The position numbers and the translations under genes are program-made. The notes beneath the pieces were generated by a model. That model saw only the letters and a list, made by a program, of their open reading frames with translations. It ran no database searches and had not been told where the DNA came from. Below, piece after piece: positions 8,602 through 18,511 of a stretch of 64,000 nt of DNA (position 1 is its first letter; every line of letters begins with the position of its first letter). The stretch is from an uncultured Candidatus Saccharibacteria bacterium (lineage in GTDB: Bacteria; Patescibacteriota; Dojkabacteria; J137), in the NCBI GenBank assembly GCA_964414295.1, contig CAYPVU010000020.1, forward strand, positions 43,289 to 107,288, given 5' to 3'.

Positions 8602-10038
8602 ATGTTAAAGATTTTTAATACATTAGGTAGAGAAAAGCAGGTTTTTACACCAATAGAAGAAGGTAAAGTAAGATTCTATCACTGCGGACCTACTGTATAT
8701 TGGACTCAGCATATAGGCAATATGAGAGCTGTTGTTATGGGAGACCTAATTCGAAGGAGTTTAATGTATATGGGATACGATGTTCGATATGTAAGAAATT
8801 ATACCGACTTTGGACACTTAACTTCTGATGGAGATGAAGGAGAGGATAAAATGGAAAAAGGTGCTAAAAGAGAAGGCGTTAGTCCAAAAGAAATAGCAGA
8901 TAAATATATAAAAGAATTTGAAATTGATGTAAATAGTTTAAATGTTTTACCCCCAACTGTTACAGCTAGAGCAACTGACTATTTAGAATCTATGATTCAA
9001 ATGGTAAAAGAACTTTTAGATAAAGGTTATGCTTATTCTACTCCAGCAGCAATTTATTTTGATGTAACTAAGTTTAAAGAATATACAAGCTTAAGCGGGC
9101 AAAAATTAGAAATGAATAAAATAGGAGAAGGTCACGGTGACGTAACAGATAGCAATAAAAAAAATCCAGCTGACTTTGCACTATGGTTTTTTAGAACAGG
9201 ACCTCATAAGAATGCATTGCAATATTGGCCATCACCATTTACTTCATCTGAAGTAGAGAATGGTTTTGGGTTTCCAGGATGGCATATTGAATGTTCTGCT
9301 ATGGCTAAATCTAATCTAGGTGATACTTTAGATTTACATATGGGTGGGGTAGAGCATATTCCTGTTCATCACACTAACGAAATTGCTCAAAGTGAATCTG
9401 CTAATAATGCTAAGTATGTAAATTACTGGGTTCATAATGAACATTTGGATGTAGATGGAACTAAGATGAGCAAATCTTTAGGCAATGTTTACAATCTAAG
9501 CAGTATTATAGAAAAAGGATACAATCCACTAAGTTTAAGATATTTCTTTTTACAGTCTCATTACAGGTCTAAACAAAACTTTACTTTAGAAGCTCTTGAT
9601 GCATCTTCAAAAGCTTACGAAAGGTTACTTAATTTTATAAAGAGCTGGGCTAAAGAAAGTGAAAATACACCAAGACCGGATTATAAAGTGGATGAAGCCT
9701 TTAAAACTCAGTTTGTTGAAGCTTTAGAGGATGATTTTAATATTCCATCAGCTTTAAGTATTGTTTGGGAAGTAACTAAATCCAATTTGCCAAGCTATGT
9801 AAAACTTGGAACATTATTAGATTTTGACAGAGTATTAGGATTAAAACTAGATGAAGCTTTAACTAATCCAAATAGTCTAGAAATACCATTAGAAGCTCAA
9901 ATTCTAATTGATGAAAGAAATATAGCAAGACTTAACAAAGACTGGCTAAAGTCTGATGAATTAAGAGATAAACTTAAAAGTGAATTTGGACTTATTGTAA
10001 AAGATACTTCTAATGGGCAGGAAGTAAGTAAAATATGA
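8602..10038 (+). CDS. cysS: Cysteinyl-tRNA synthetase
   Basis: CGPTVY, HIGN, PGWHIECSAM, KMSKS. Confidence 0.97.
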   Translation: MLKIFNTLGREKQVFTPIEEGKVRFYHCGPTVYWTQHIGNMRAVVMGDLIRRSLMYMGYDVRYVRNYTDFGHLTSDGDEGEDKMEKGAKREGVSPKEIADKYIKEFEIDVNSLNVLPPTVTARATDYLESMIQMVKELLDKGYAYSTPAAIYFDVTKFKEYTSLSGQKLEMNKIGEGHGDVTDSNKKNPADFALWFFRTGPHKNALQYWPSPFTSSEVENGFGFPGWHIECSAMAKSNLGDTLDLHMGGVEHIPVHHTNEIAQSESANNAKYVNYWVHNEHLDVDGTKMSKSLGNVYNLSSIIEKGYNPLSLRYFFLQSHYRSKQNFTLEALDASSKAYERLLNFIKSWAKESENTPRPDYKVDEAFKTQFVEALEDDFNIPSALSIVWEVTKSNLPSYVKLGTLLDFDRVLGLKLDEALTNPNSLEIPLEAQILIDERNIARLNKDWLKSDELRDKLKSEFGLIVKDTSNGQEVSKI

Positions 10039-10065
10039 AAATTTAAAGTTCGCAATGTAAGGACT

Positions 10066-11502
10066 TTAAATTCTATTAGCTACTTTCATTAGAAGATCTT
10101 CACTAAAGTTTTTTCCCATTAACTGTAATCCTATTGGCATTCCTGTTTCATCTTTGCCTGCTGGTACAGCTATAGCTGGAATACCTACTATATTTGCAGT
10201 TACTGTATAAATATCTACTAAATACATTTGAACAGGATCATTTGATTTTTCACCTAGCTTAAACGCTGTTACAGGAGATATTGGGGTTAATAAGCAATCA
10301 ACTTCTTCAAATGCTTTATCGAATTCGCGTTTTAATTTAGTTCTAACTTTACTTGCCTGTTTATAAAATGCATCAGAATAACCTGCGCTTAGGGAATATG
10401 TACCAATCATTATTCTTCTTTTTACTTCAGGTTCTAAATACTGACTTCTAGATTCAAACAGATTTTCTTCGTAATTATCATTTACTTTTTTGCCGTATCT
10501 TACACCATCGTATCTTGCTCTATTAGAAGATATTTCTGCAGGTACTAAAATATAATACACGCTTAAAGCATATTTAGTACTTGGGATAGAAACTTCCTTT
10601 ATTTTGGCTCCCTTAGATTTTAATTCTTCAACTTTTGCTTCAATTGCATTTTTTACAGATTCATTAACACCTTCACCAAAAAATTCCTTTGGTAATCCAA
10701 TTGTTATATTACTTAAATCTATATTACTTAGTTCGTTTAAATAAGAAGGAACTTCTACTTCTTGAGTTGTGGCATCATTTAGGTCTTTTCCAGCCATAAC
10801 TTCCTCTAATAAAGCCATATCTTCTACATTTCTAGTAAAGAAACCTGGGGTATCAAAAGAAGAACCCATTGCTCCAATTCCATATCTGGAGTTTCTTCCG
10901 TAAGTAGGTTTAAGTGAATAAATTCCGCAAAAACTTGCTGGTAATCTAACAGATCCGCCTGTATCTGTACCTAAAGAAAAGAATCCAACACCAGCTAATA
11001 AACTTGCTGCCGATCCTGAACTTGAACCACCAGGGGTTTTTGTAAAATCCAAAGGATGTTTAGTTGGTCCAAATCCTGAATTTTCACCACTACCGCCAAA
11101 TCCCCATGGATCTGAATTGCATTTCCCAATTAGAATAGCTCCTTCATCTAAACATTTTTGTACAACTGTAGATGTGTATGGTGCTATAAAATCAGACATT
11201 AATTGTGAAGAAAATGTAGTTTTAGTATCTTTTACTAAATATAGATCTTTAGCTGTAAAAGGAATTCCTAATAATCTAAATTTACTTACATCCTCCCCAG
11301 ATTCTATTCTAGCGTCTATTAGTTTTGCTTGTTCAATAGCACCATCTAATATTGTTATAAATGCATTTATTTGTGGATTTATTTGATGAGCTCTTTGCAG
11401 ATGCTCACTTACTAAATCAGCAACTTTTACTTCTTTATTCTTTATTTTTTCAACAGTTTTAATTAAGCTCTCGATTGTAGGAATTTCTAAGCTATTGGTC
11501 AT
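10066..11502 (-). CDS. gatA: Asp/Glu-tRNA amidotransferase subunit A
   Basis: Amidase signature PGGSSSGSAA, GTDTGGSVRLPA, SSNRARYDGVRYG, EVKRRIMIGTY. Confidence 0.95.
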   Translation of the reverse strand: MTNSLEIPTIESLIKTVEKIKNKEVKVADLVSEHLQRAHQINPQINAFITILDGAIEQAKLIDARIESGEDVSKFRLLGIPFTAKDLYLVKDTKTTFSSQLMSDFIAPYTSTVVQKCLDEGAILIGKCNSDPWGFGGSGENSGFGPTKHPLDFTKTPGGSSSGSAASLLAGVGFFSLGTDTGGSVRLPASFCGIYSLKPTYGRNSRYGIGAMGSSFDTPGFFTRNVEDMALLEEVMAGKDLNDATTQEVEVPSYLNELSNIDLSNITIGLPKEFFGEGVNESVKNAIEAKVEELKSKGAKIKEVSIPSTKYALSVYYILVPAEISSNRARYDGVRYGKKVNDNYEENLFESRSQYLEPEVKRRIMIGTYSLSAGYSDAFYKQASKVRTKLKREFDKAFEEVDCLLTPISPVTAFKLGEKSNDPVQMYLVDIYTVTANIVGIPAIAVPAGKDETGMPIGLQLMGKNFSEDLLMKVANRI

Positions 11503-11620
11503 TTAAGATTGAGTTAAATTTATTCTATGGAATTTTAACTTAAGAAATAAAGTTTTAACAGTATAGCTTTAAATAGATTTTGTTATTTACTTATGGCAGA
11601 AGATTGAATATAATTCCCCT

Positions 11621-11698
11621 ATGAATTCAAATTCAAGTCACTACAACTTTAAAGGTTTAGCACTCATTATTATTAGAGTTTCTACTTTTAGGGAGTGA
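11621..11698 (+). CDS. Putative leader peptide (uORF) MNSNSSHYNFKGLALIIIRVSTFRE
   Basis: 25-aa ORF starting about 6 nt after a TATAAT (11609-11614), with an L-A-L-I-I-I-R-V cluster, followed by a terminator. Confidence 0.5.
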   Translation: MNSNSSHYNFKGLALIIIRVSTFRE

Positions 11699-11718
11699 CA
11701 TTTATAGATGTTATTTAT

Positions 11719-11744
11719 AAAGCCTCCCAAAGGGAGGCTTTTTT
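11719..11744 (+). terminator. Intrinsic terminator/attenuator in the 5' leader of the HD-GT4 gene
   Basis: AAAGCCTCCC-AAA-GGGAGGCTTT plus T-run, ending about 10 nt before ATG 11754. Confidence 0.8.
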
Positions 11745-11753
11745 ATTATCTTT

Positions 11754-13445
11754 ATGAAAAACGTTAAAAAACTAGAAGCATTATTAGAATATCCATTAAA
11801 GCAATACGACTTTGATGCAATTCTACGGTTAGACTACATGTTAGAAAAGTATAAAGTTTTTGAGACTTTAGATGCTTCTACACATAATATTAAAAGTCAT
11901 TTAATTGGAACTGCCAAGAATGTTGCAAAATGCTTTGATGAATACACAGCTAGCTTAAATTTAATTAACTATGATTATTTAAAAACAACTGCTGTTCTAG
12001 CTGGGTTCTTTCATGATTTGGGTAAGGTATTGTGGGAAGGCAGGGCTATATATGATTCTTTAGAAATTGAGGTCTTATTAAGAAAGTATGGATTTAAAGA
12101 TATTGCTCAAGCAGTTAGACACAACCCATATTTATTTTTGTATGATTTACACAATGGGCATGTAACAATACCACAGTTAGTGGTTACTTATGCTGACTCT
12201 CAAGTAAACTCTGCTGGAGAATATGTTGATAGAAAAGTTAGATTAGAGAAGATTCTAAACAATAAAAGGATTAACAAAACATTTCAAAAAGAGTATTGGT
12301 CAATACTTGAACGAGTTTACGTAAATAGAGTTATAAGAACTCCTCATAGCATAACTAAAATCTCATTTTTTGAAAGATGCGATGGAAGGTATCCAGTTTC
12401 TAACTCTATTGAATCCTTAGGTAAGCTATCGTCTTATCATTTAGCAAAAGAAATGAGCAAGATGGGATACAGTGTTAGTATATTTACCGATAATAGTAAT
12501 GAATTTAATACAGAAGGCATTAACTTTTATGGAATAGGGAGTGATTTATTAGAAAGTTATTCTGCAGCAAAAAAGTTTGATATTACTTTTGTAACAGGAT
12601 GGACATCATTATTTTCGTTATTAAAAAAATCTAATAGCAATTTACCAATGATGGTAATGAGGTCATTAAAAGAAAGTTCATTAAATTCAAAAAGAGTAGA
12701 GCCTTTACTTGAAAATGATTCAAGAGTAATTTTGGTTTCTAAAGAATCAAAGTCATTACTACTAAAGTATACGGATAAAAAAACAGCAAACTTTAGAGTT
12801 ATAGCAAATGGAATCGATAAAAAGACATTTTTCTATAAATCAGGTAATGTACTAAATCAATTTGTTTATGCAGGGGCAACTGTAGAGGAGAAAGGAATTT
12901 ACGAAGTTATAGAAATTGCAAAGGCTTTTCCTAATTTAAAATGCATTATTGCAGGCTCAGCAAATATGTATGGTCAAAATGAAATTAGTAAGGATAAATT
13001 GCCAGACAATATAGTCTTTTTAGGTGAAGTAAGCCAAAGTCAGTTAGCAGAAATTTATAGAACATCGCTATTTAGTCTTGCTTTAACAGATCCAGAAAAA
13101 ATATTTGAAACTTTTGGAAAGTCTGCAGCAGAGTCTCAATTATGTGGTTGTCCTGTTTTGCATTTAAAAAATGGAGGGTTAAATTCAACTGTCTTAGAAT
13201 ATAAATTAAACTTTGGTTTAAAGAAATTTAATTTAGTTAAATTTGCAGAGTTTATAAATCAAAACCTAAATAACTTTAGTGATAGCAATCAAAGAGAAGA
13301 ATTAGCACTTAAAGCTAATGAAGTACACAGAAGTTGGAAAACAATTGCAGGTAATTACTTATTAAGTGCTAATATTGAACTTATACTTTCATTAAAAAAG
13401 TTATTAACAACAAAGCAAAAAATCTTTGATTATTTGTATTCATAA
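11754..13445 (+). CDS. HD-domain / GT4 glycosyltransferase fusion protein
   Basis: N-terminus: SH...AGFFHDLGK...RH...YADSQV. C-terminus: IANGID, EEKGI, ETFGKSAAESQLCGCPV. Confidence 0.75.
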   Translation: MKNVKKLEALLEYPLKQYDFDAILRLDYMLEKYKVFETLDASTHNIKSHLIGTAKNVAKCFDEYTASLNLINYDYLKTTAVLAGFFHDLGKVLWEGRAIYDSLEIEVLLRKYGFKDIAQAVRHNPYLFLYDLHNGHVTIPQLVVTYADSQVNSAGEYVDRKVRLEKILNNKRINKTFQKEYWSILERVYVNRVIRTPHSITKISFFERCDGRYPVSNSIESLGKLSSYHLAKEMSKMGYSVSIFTDNSNEFNTEGINFYGIGSDLLESYSAAKKFDITFVTGWTSLFSLLKKSNSNLPMMVMRSLKESSLNSKRVEPLLENDSRVILVSKESKSLLLKYTDKKTANFRVIANGIDKKTFFYKSGNVLNQFVYAGATVEEKGIYEVIEIAKAFPNLKCIIAGSANMYGQNEISKDKLPDNIVFLGEVSQSQLAEIYRTSLFSLALTDPEKIFETFGKSAAESQLCGCPVLHLKNGGLNSTVLEYKLNFGLKKFNLVKFAEFINQNLNNFSDSNQREELALKANEVHRSWKTIAGNYLLSANIELILSLKKLLTTKQKIFDYLYS

Positions 13446-13521
13446 TTAGAACACTAACTTGTATTAGGTATAAATATTCTGTATTCTTATTAAGTATTGT
13501 TGTACTTATTAAGAAAAATAT

Positions 13522-15378
13522 ATGGGACTACTAGATTTTATTTCTAAAGGTGGTAATAACGCACAGGATCCTAATACAAATCCACCCGCTGTACCTGATT
13601 TTGCAAGTATTCAGCAAAGTTACACAAATCAATCTTTAGCTAATGTTTCTTATCCTATGGCAAATCCTACACCATATACACCAACTAATCCTGTTCCTCC
13701 TCAGTATAATCCTACAGAGCAACAGAGGCAGGAATTTCCTGATGTAAATGCTGCCCCAGCACCTGAGTTTGCACCAAATGCAGCAGTAGCACCTCAGCCT
13801 TTAGATATTATGGAACAAGGAAATGTACCTATGCAGGGTAATGTTACTATGCCAGAGATTCCACCAATGACGCAAAAATTAGTACAGAATCAGAATATTC
13901 AACCAGAAAATACTACAGATGTTCCTGCAGATGGATATGTAGACCCAAGTAAACATCCTGTAATTCCTGCTGTAGTTCCAAATCAAGGACATACTGCAAC
14001 ATTACCTGAGGGAATTAAGATTACAACTTTTGAACCTGTTAATCCTGAAAGTGAATCAGCTGCTGTTCCTCAACCAGTAGCAAATGAACCTGTAGTTGAT
14101 CAGCCACAATCTGTAGAAGTTCCGGAAGTAAAACCTTTTGAAGTTCAACCTAGTCCTGAATTTGCAGTTAGCAACTTTGATTCAAACACATCTTTAAATG
14201 TTGGTATAGAAGCAGCTCCTACTACCAATCAGTTTGAAAGTACAACTGTTGCACCGATGCAGAATAATAGTGTAGAACTACCAGTTATGCCAGATGTTAA
14301 TACATTAACACCTGTAAATACTGAAGCAATTTCAGCTTTACCTAGTCAAGTATTAACTCCAGAAGTTCCTGTAAATCAGAATGAAATTGCAAATCAGTCA
14401 CAATCAATTGAATCTCAAGCACAACAATCAAACTTACCTACTGAACCTGCAGTTGAACAGTCAGCGCCGGTAGAAGGAATTGAAATTGGTGTAGGGAGTA
14501 TGGATTCTCCAATGGCAGATTTGACTTCAGCACAAAACAGTAACTTAGATCCTATGCCAGCAGTAGAATCAACTTTGCCAGTGGCTTCTACAAATGAAAT
14601 ATCAACATTAGACCCAAATAATGCTCTAGTAGAGGATGTTACACAAAATGCTGTAATTCCTGTTCCTGAAGTAACAGAAGTAAAAGAATCAAAAGCCGAA
14701 ACAGCACCTGAAGCTACACAGCCAGTGCCAGTAAATTTTGAAATGAATTATTTTAGAACTATTGGATTTATAGGTTTAAATACTCAGCCTAATCTTAAAG
14801 TTGTAGAAAAGGTATCAGAGTTAGCAGGAAAATTGTCTGATTATGCAGAAGTATTTATAATTGACTCCGCAAAAGGATATGCGAAGACAATATTTGATAG
14901 TGCTAAAGAAAAGAACATAGAATTAACAGGTATGTACTTAAAACCTTTCCACTCTACTTATAGTGACGAAGCAGAATTAGGTGATTATGAGAATTTTACT
15001 GTAATGATGTTCTCAAATAATTCAGATAAAATTAAGAATTTAATAAAAGAGTCCGACATCTTAGTAATGCCTGAAATTACAGGATTAAATAGTCTTGGTA
15101 CATTGTTTGAGATTTGGTCTACAAATAGTATGTATCCAGGTCAGCATAAGCAGCTTATCTTATTAGGAAAAGGTTGGACAAATATTCTAACTCAGTTAAA
15201 AACATTATTTAAATTAACAGATGCTGATTTAAGCTTTGTTAATGTGTGTGCAACAGCAGAGGAAGCATTAGCAAAAATTACAGAGCTAGATAAAATGTAT
15301 TTAAACAAAGAAGTTAAACAACCAAGAAAGGTTATAGATTTAAGAGAAGAAGATGATGAGGAAGGATTATTTATATAA
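13522..15378 (+). CDS. Pro/Gln/Asn-rich disordered protein with C-terminal degenerate LOG/SLOG-like domain
   Basis: About 400 aa of low complexity, then IGFIG...ESDILVMP...GTLFEIW...LILLGKGW resembling the LOG PGGxGTxxE region. Confidence 0.55.
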   Translation: MGLLDFISKGGNNAQDPNTNPPAVPDFASIQQSYTNQSLANVSYPMANPTPYTPTNPVPPQYNPTEQQRQEFPDVNAAPAPEFAPNAAVAPQPLDIMEQGNVPMQGNVTMPEIPPMTQKLVQNQNIQPENTTDVPADGYVDPSKHPVIPAVVPNQGHTATLPEGIKITTFEPVNPESESAAVPQPVANEPVVDQPQSVEVPEVKPFEVQPSPEFAVSNFDSNTSLNVGIEAAPTTNQFESTTVAPMQNNSVELPVMPDVNTLTPVNTEAISALPSQVLTPEVPVNQNEIANQSQSIESQAQQSNLPTEPAVEQSAPVEGIEIGVGSMDSPMADLTSAQNSNLDPMPAVESTLPVASTNEISTLDPNNALVEDVTQNAVIPVPEVTEVKESKAETAPEATQPVPVNFEMNYFRTIGFIGLNTQPNLKVVEKVSELAGKLSDYAEVFIIDSAKGYAKTIFDSAKEKNIELTGMYLKPFHSTYSDEAELGDYENFTVMMFSNNSDKIKNLIKESDILVMPEITGLNSLGTLFEIWSTNSMYPGQHKQLILLGKGWTNILTQLKTLFKLTDADLSFVNVCATAEEALAKITELDKMYLNKEVKQPRKVIDLREEDDEEGLFI

Positions 15379-15393
15379 GTAGTATTACTAAAT

Positions 15394-15425
15394 AAAAAAA
15401 GGACTCTTTTAAGAGTCCTTTTTTA
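15394..15425. terminator. Bidirectional intrinsic terminator
   Basis: AAAAAAAGGACTCTT-TT-AAGAGTCCTTTTTTT. Confidence 0.85.
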
Positions 15426-15438
15426 ATAGGTAATCTTC

Positions 15439-16875
15439 TTATTTAAGCTTAAGTTCAAATTTATATATGTTATTGACTTCTAATCCTGTAGCATCTTTTT
15501 CCTGTATAAGTGCATAGATTTCGGTATTATTATTCGCAAATAATAATTTATTGTCTACAAATTTAAAATCTTCAAGCAAAGTATGAGCATTAAGTCCATC
15601 ATAGTCCATAATTGTAGCTTTATTATTCTTAAAGAACACAATGTTCTTGCCAGTAGAAGCAAATTCTAAATTATCAAAATCCTCTAAAGAAATATTTAAA
15701 CTATAATTAAATGTATCTAAGGTATTAGCATTAAAGTTATCTTCTGTATAATACGAATGCAAACTATTATTCTTAGTGTACAGTATTAGTCTTCCATTAC
15801 TTAAACCTTTGTAAAAGTTTGCTGTAGTGTCTATAACATCTACAAACTCTTTTTGAAGATCTACATAGTACAAAGTATTGTTTGTAGATAGTACTAATAT
15901 ATTAGGATTTTCTGCTACAGTATAAACATTATCTAGTTGATTTGGGATAAATGGCACTAGTTTAGATGTAAATTTATACTCTGCTATAGCTTTGTTTGTA
16001 TAGTAATAGAGTTTATTATTTCTTATAAAATAAATAGTATTTGTTGTTACGCTGATTGTAGAATCGCTTTCAGTTAAATTTACTAGACTAATTTGTTGAC
16101 TTACTAAATCATACTCAAAGTAGTAATTATCGTATTTAAATATTATTGATTGATCCTCTTTAAACCAAGAGAGCTCTTGAGTTGTATTAATATTTAACTG
16201 CTGATTTAAATTGGTTCTTTTTGTAGTATCTGATAGGTTATAAAGGTAGTTGTTACTTCCTGCCTGCAATATGAGTTTATTATTATTGGACGATATTAAA
16301 AGATTATAACTGTTATTTAATAATTCTTCTGTTTCTAGAGCTGTAAACCTTACAATCTGACTTCTTTGGAGTGTGTTAGAAAAATCTAATAAATTTCTAC
16401 TGAGCTTAATTCGCCAAATTCCATCTAAAGCACTTTTATTCAGTACAGTGTAGTAAATATATTGTCCATCTGCTGAATAAAAACTCTTGCTTATATTTTG
16501 CTCTGCAATTTTAGAAAAAGGTACAGTATTAGGATAAAGCTGAGCAAAAACATCTTTTACAATTCCAGACTCTACTTTAATTTGTTTCTCCCATGGTGAA
16601 TATCCCTCTTTACTTAATCGTAAGTTTACAATACCCGGATTAATTCCTGTAATTCTAAAATCAGAAAGTTGAACTTCTTCGTCATTAATATATGCTTTTA
16701 TGTTGTCTGCTGGTATAGATGTTATTCTTATAATCCCTGTTTGAATAAACTGGCCACTTTCTTCTAATTTTTGTCCTTGAGAAATAATTAAAACAACAAT
16801 AGAAGCAACTAAAAATAAACCCAATGAAGCCAATGGGAGTATAAATTTTAATATAGATTTGGTAATTTTGGTCAT
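15439..16875 (-). CDS. PEGA-domain membrane-anchored protein with beta-propeller-like C-terminus
   Basis: N-terminal TM, TGIIRITSIP...LSKEGYSPWEKQIKV, repeated beta-rich blades. Confidence 0.75.
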   Translation of the reverse strand: MTKITKSILKFILPLASLGLFLVASIVVLIISQGQKLEESGQFIQTGIIRITSIPADNIKAYINDEEVQLSDFRITGINPGIVNLRLSKEGYSPWEKQIKVESGIVKDVFAQLYPNTVPFSKIAEQNISKSFYSADGQYIYYTVLNKSALDGIWRIKLSRNLLDFSNTLQRSQIVRFTALETEELLNNSYNLLISSNNNKLILQAGSNNYLYNLSDTTKRTNLNQQLNINTTQELSWFKEDQSIIFKYDNYYFEYDLVSQQISLVNLTESDSTISVTTNTIYFIRNNKLYYYTNKAIAEYKFTSKLVPFIPNQLDNVYTVAENPNILVLSTNNTLYYVDLQKEFVDVIDTTANFYKGLSNGRLILYTKNNSLHSYYTEDNFNANTLDTFNYSLNISLEDFDNLEFASTGKNIVFFKNNKATIMDYDGLNAHTLLEDFKFVDNKLLFANNNTEIYALIQEKDATGLEVNNIYKFELKLK

Positions 16876-16906
16876 ATCTCCATTTTAAGTCAAATTACTT
16901 TAAATT

Positions 16907-18466
16907 TCATCTAACAAGTTGTTTTTCACTCCATGTTACTCTTTTTGTATGTTCCTGACCTAACATCATTCTAGTTGTAGACTCAATAAACGGTAAGAAT
17001 CCAAAAGTGAAGAGAGATATAATGTTAAATGGTATTTCGACTATTAAAGTAGCTATATACTTAACTATTGGCATCTTTTTAGGTCTAGAAGGAATAATAA
17101 ATAATTTTATAATTGTATTAGGAATTAAAAATAGAGTAGCTAAAGTTAAAAGGTTCGATACAGTTTGTGGTACTGTTATTGATATTACTTGTCTACTAAG
17201 TTCATAATTAATCAAAAATACAATTGGAATTCCAAATGCAATTAGAAACGCCAATACTTTCCAAAAGACAAATACTTCAAACAAATGATAAATCTTAGTT
17301 ATTCTCTCAATTAAAGGAATATTCTTGTTATATAAAAGCTCCTTAGTTGCTAAAGGAAAAGTTATTACCCCCCAACCCCATCTTACATATTGCTTGTACT
17401 GATCTACATGATTTTTAAAGTAGTTTTTATTATAGACTGCATCTGCACTTAATGGGGTAAAGAATACTTCGCATTTCCAATCACCATTAAAGTAAAAGTA
17501 AGGTCTCCAGAAGAAAGTAGTATCATCTATACCAAGAGAAGTATCCCAGTAATTTACAGCTTTCATAACACCTAAATTTAAGGTAAAGCACGACCAAGTT
17601 TCTCTTTTATTCTTTTCTAAAACAGAAGACGATAGCACGGGTAATGTAAGTCCAACCATTAAAATTCTTACAAGCATTGGAACATCCCAATAGTTATTAT
17701 TAAATGTGTATAGTCCAGTTTGGTAAAACTTCTTATTTCTTTTTTCTGCTGTTAACCATCTAAAAGTTAGTGAAGCTAAATAATCTCCGCTAAAAACTAA
17801 ATCTCCATCTGGAGCAGTAATTAAAAATTCATTTATATCTTCGCCTCTACTTTCTAATATCTCTACAGTTTGTCTTGTTCCCCAGGTTCTATTTGCAGCA
17901 GCACCTATAGCTTCACCGTCAATATTTTCTGGATGAGTAAAGCAAAACAATCTATCACCAAATATATCTCCAAAGTCTCTTTTTAGATATTCACCTCTTT
18001 TAGCATATTCGGGGTCTTTTTTTGCTTTTCTTTCTTCAATAGAAACAGCTAAATAAATTAACTCTGTAGGGTAATTTTGATTAATCAAGGCATTAATAGA
18101 TCTTTTTATTACATCGTACTCTTCTCCATAATTTGCAATTACTATTAATTGTTTAGGTAGAAGTCCACTTTTAGGAAGAGTTTCTGGTTCAGGCAGTAAA
18201 TTCCTATCTAAAGAAAGACATTCTTTAAGCCAATCTTTTTTTGAAGCTCTCCAAACTTGAAAATATCCAATTATTGAACCAATGCTTAGTATAAAAGCTC
18301 TATAGACCCAGTAGACAGATAAGACTACTAAAATATTAATAATAAGATATGGGAAAGAAAATCCTAGCCATAATGGTGATAGTAGAAATACCCAAATCAA
18401 AACCCCAGGAATAATTTCTAAAATTCTTTGAATAATTCTGTCATTAAAAGCTCTTTCCTTAGTCAT
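16907..18466 (-). CDS. Membrane glycosyltransferase family 2
   Basis: TM-flanked GT-A domain, DGD motif, IDDT, QYVRWGWG (QxxRW). Confidence 0.8.
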   Translation of the reverse strand: MTKERAFNDRIIQRILEIIPGVLIWVFLLSPLWLGFSFPYLIINILVVLSVYWVYRAFILSIGSIIGYFQVWRASKKDWLKECLSLDRNLLPEPETLPKSGLLPKQLIVIANYGEEYDVIKRSINALINQNYPTELIYLAVSIEERKAKKDPEYAKRGEYLKRDFGDIFGDRLFCFTHPENIDGEAIGAAANRTWGTRQTVEILESRGEDINEFLITAPDGDLVFSGDYLASLTFRWLTAEKRNKKFYQTGLYTFNNNYWDVPMLVRILMVGLTLPVLSSSVLEKNKRETWSCFTLNLGVMKAVNYWDTSLGIDDTTFFWRPYFYFNGDWKCEVFFTPLSADAVYNKNYFKNHVDQYKQYVRWGWGVITFPLATKELLYNKNIPLIERITKIYHLFEVFVFWKVLAFLIAFGIPIVFLINYELSRQVISITVPQTVSNLLTLATLFLIPNTIIKLFIIPSRPKKMPIVKYIATLIVEIPFNIISLFTFGFLPFIESTTRMMLGQEHTKRVTWSEKQLVR

Positions 18467-18511
18467 TTTATCCTTTAAATCTTTATGTTAATATAAATCC
18501 GTACTAGCTTA

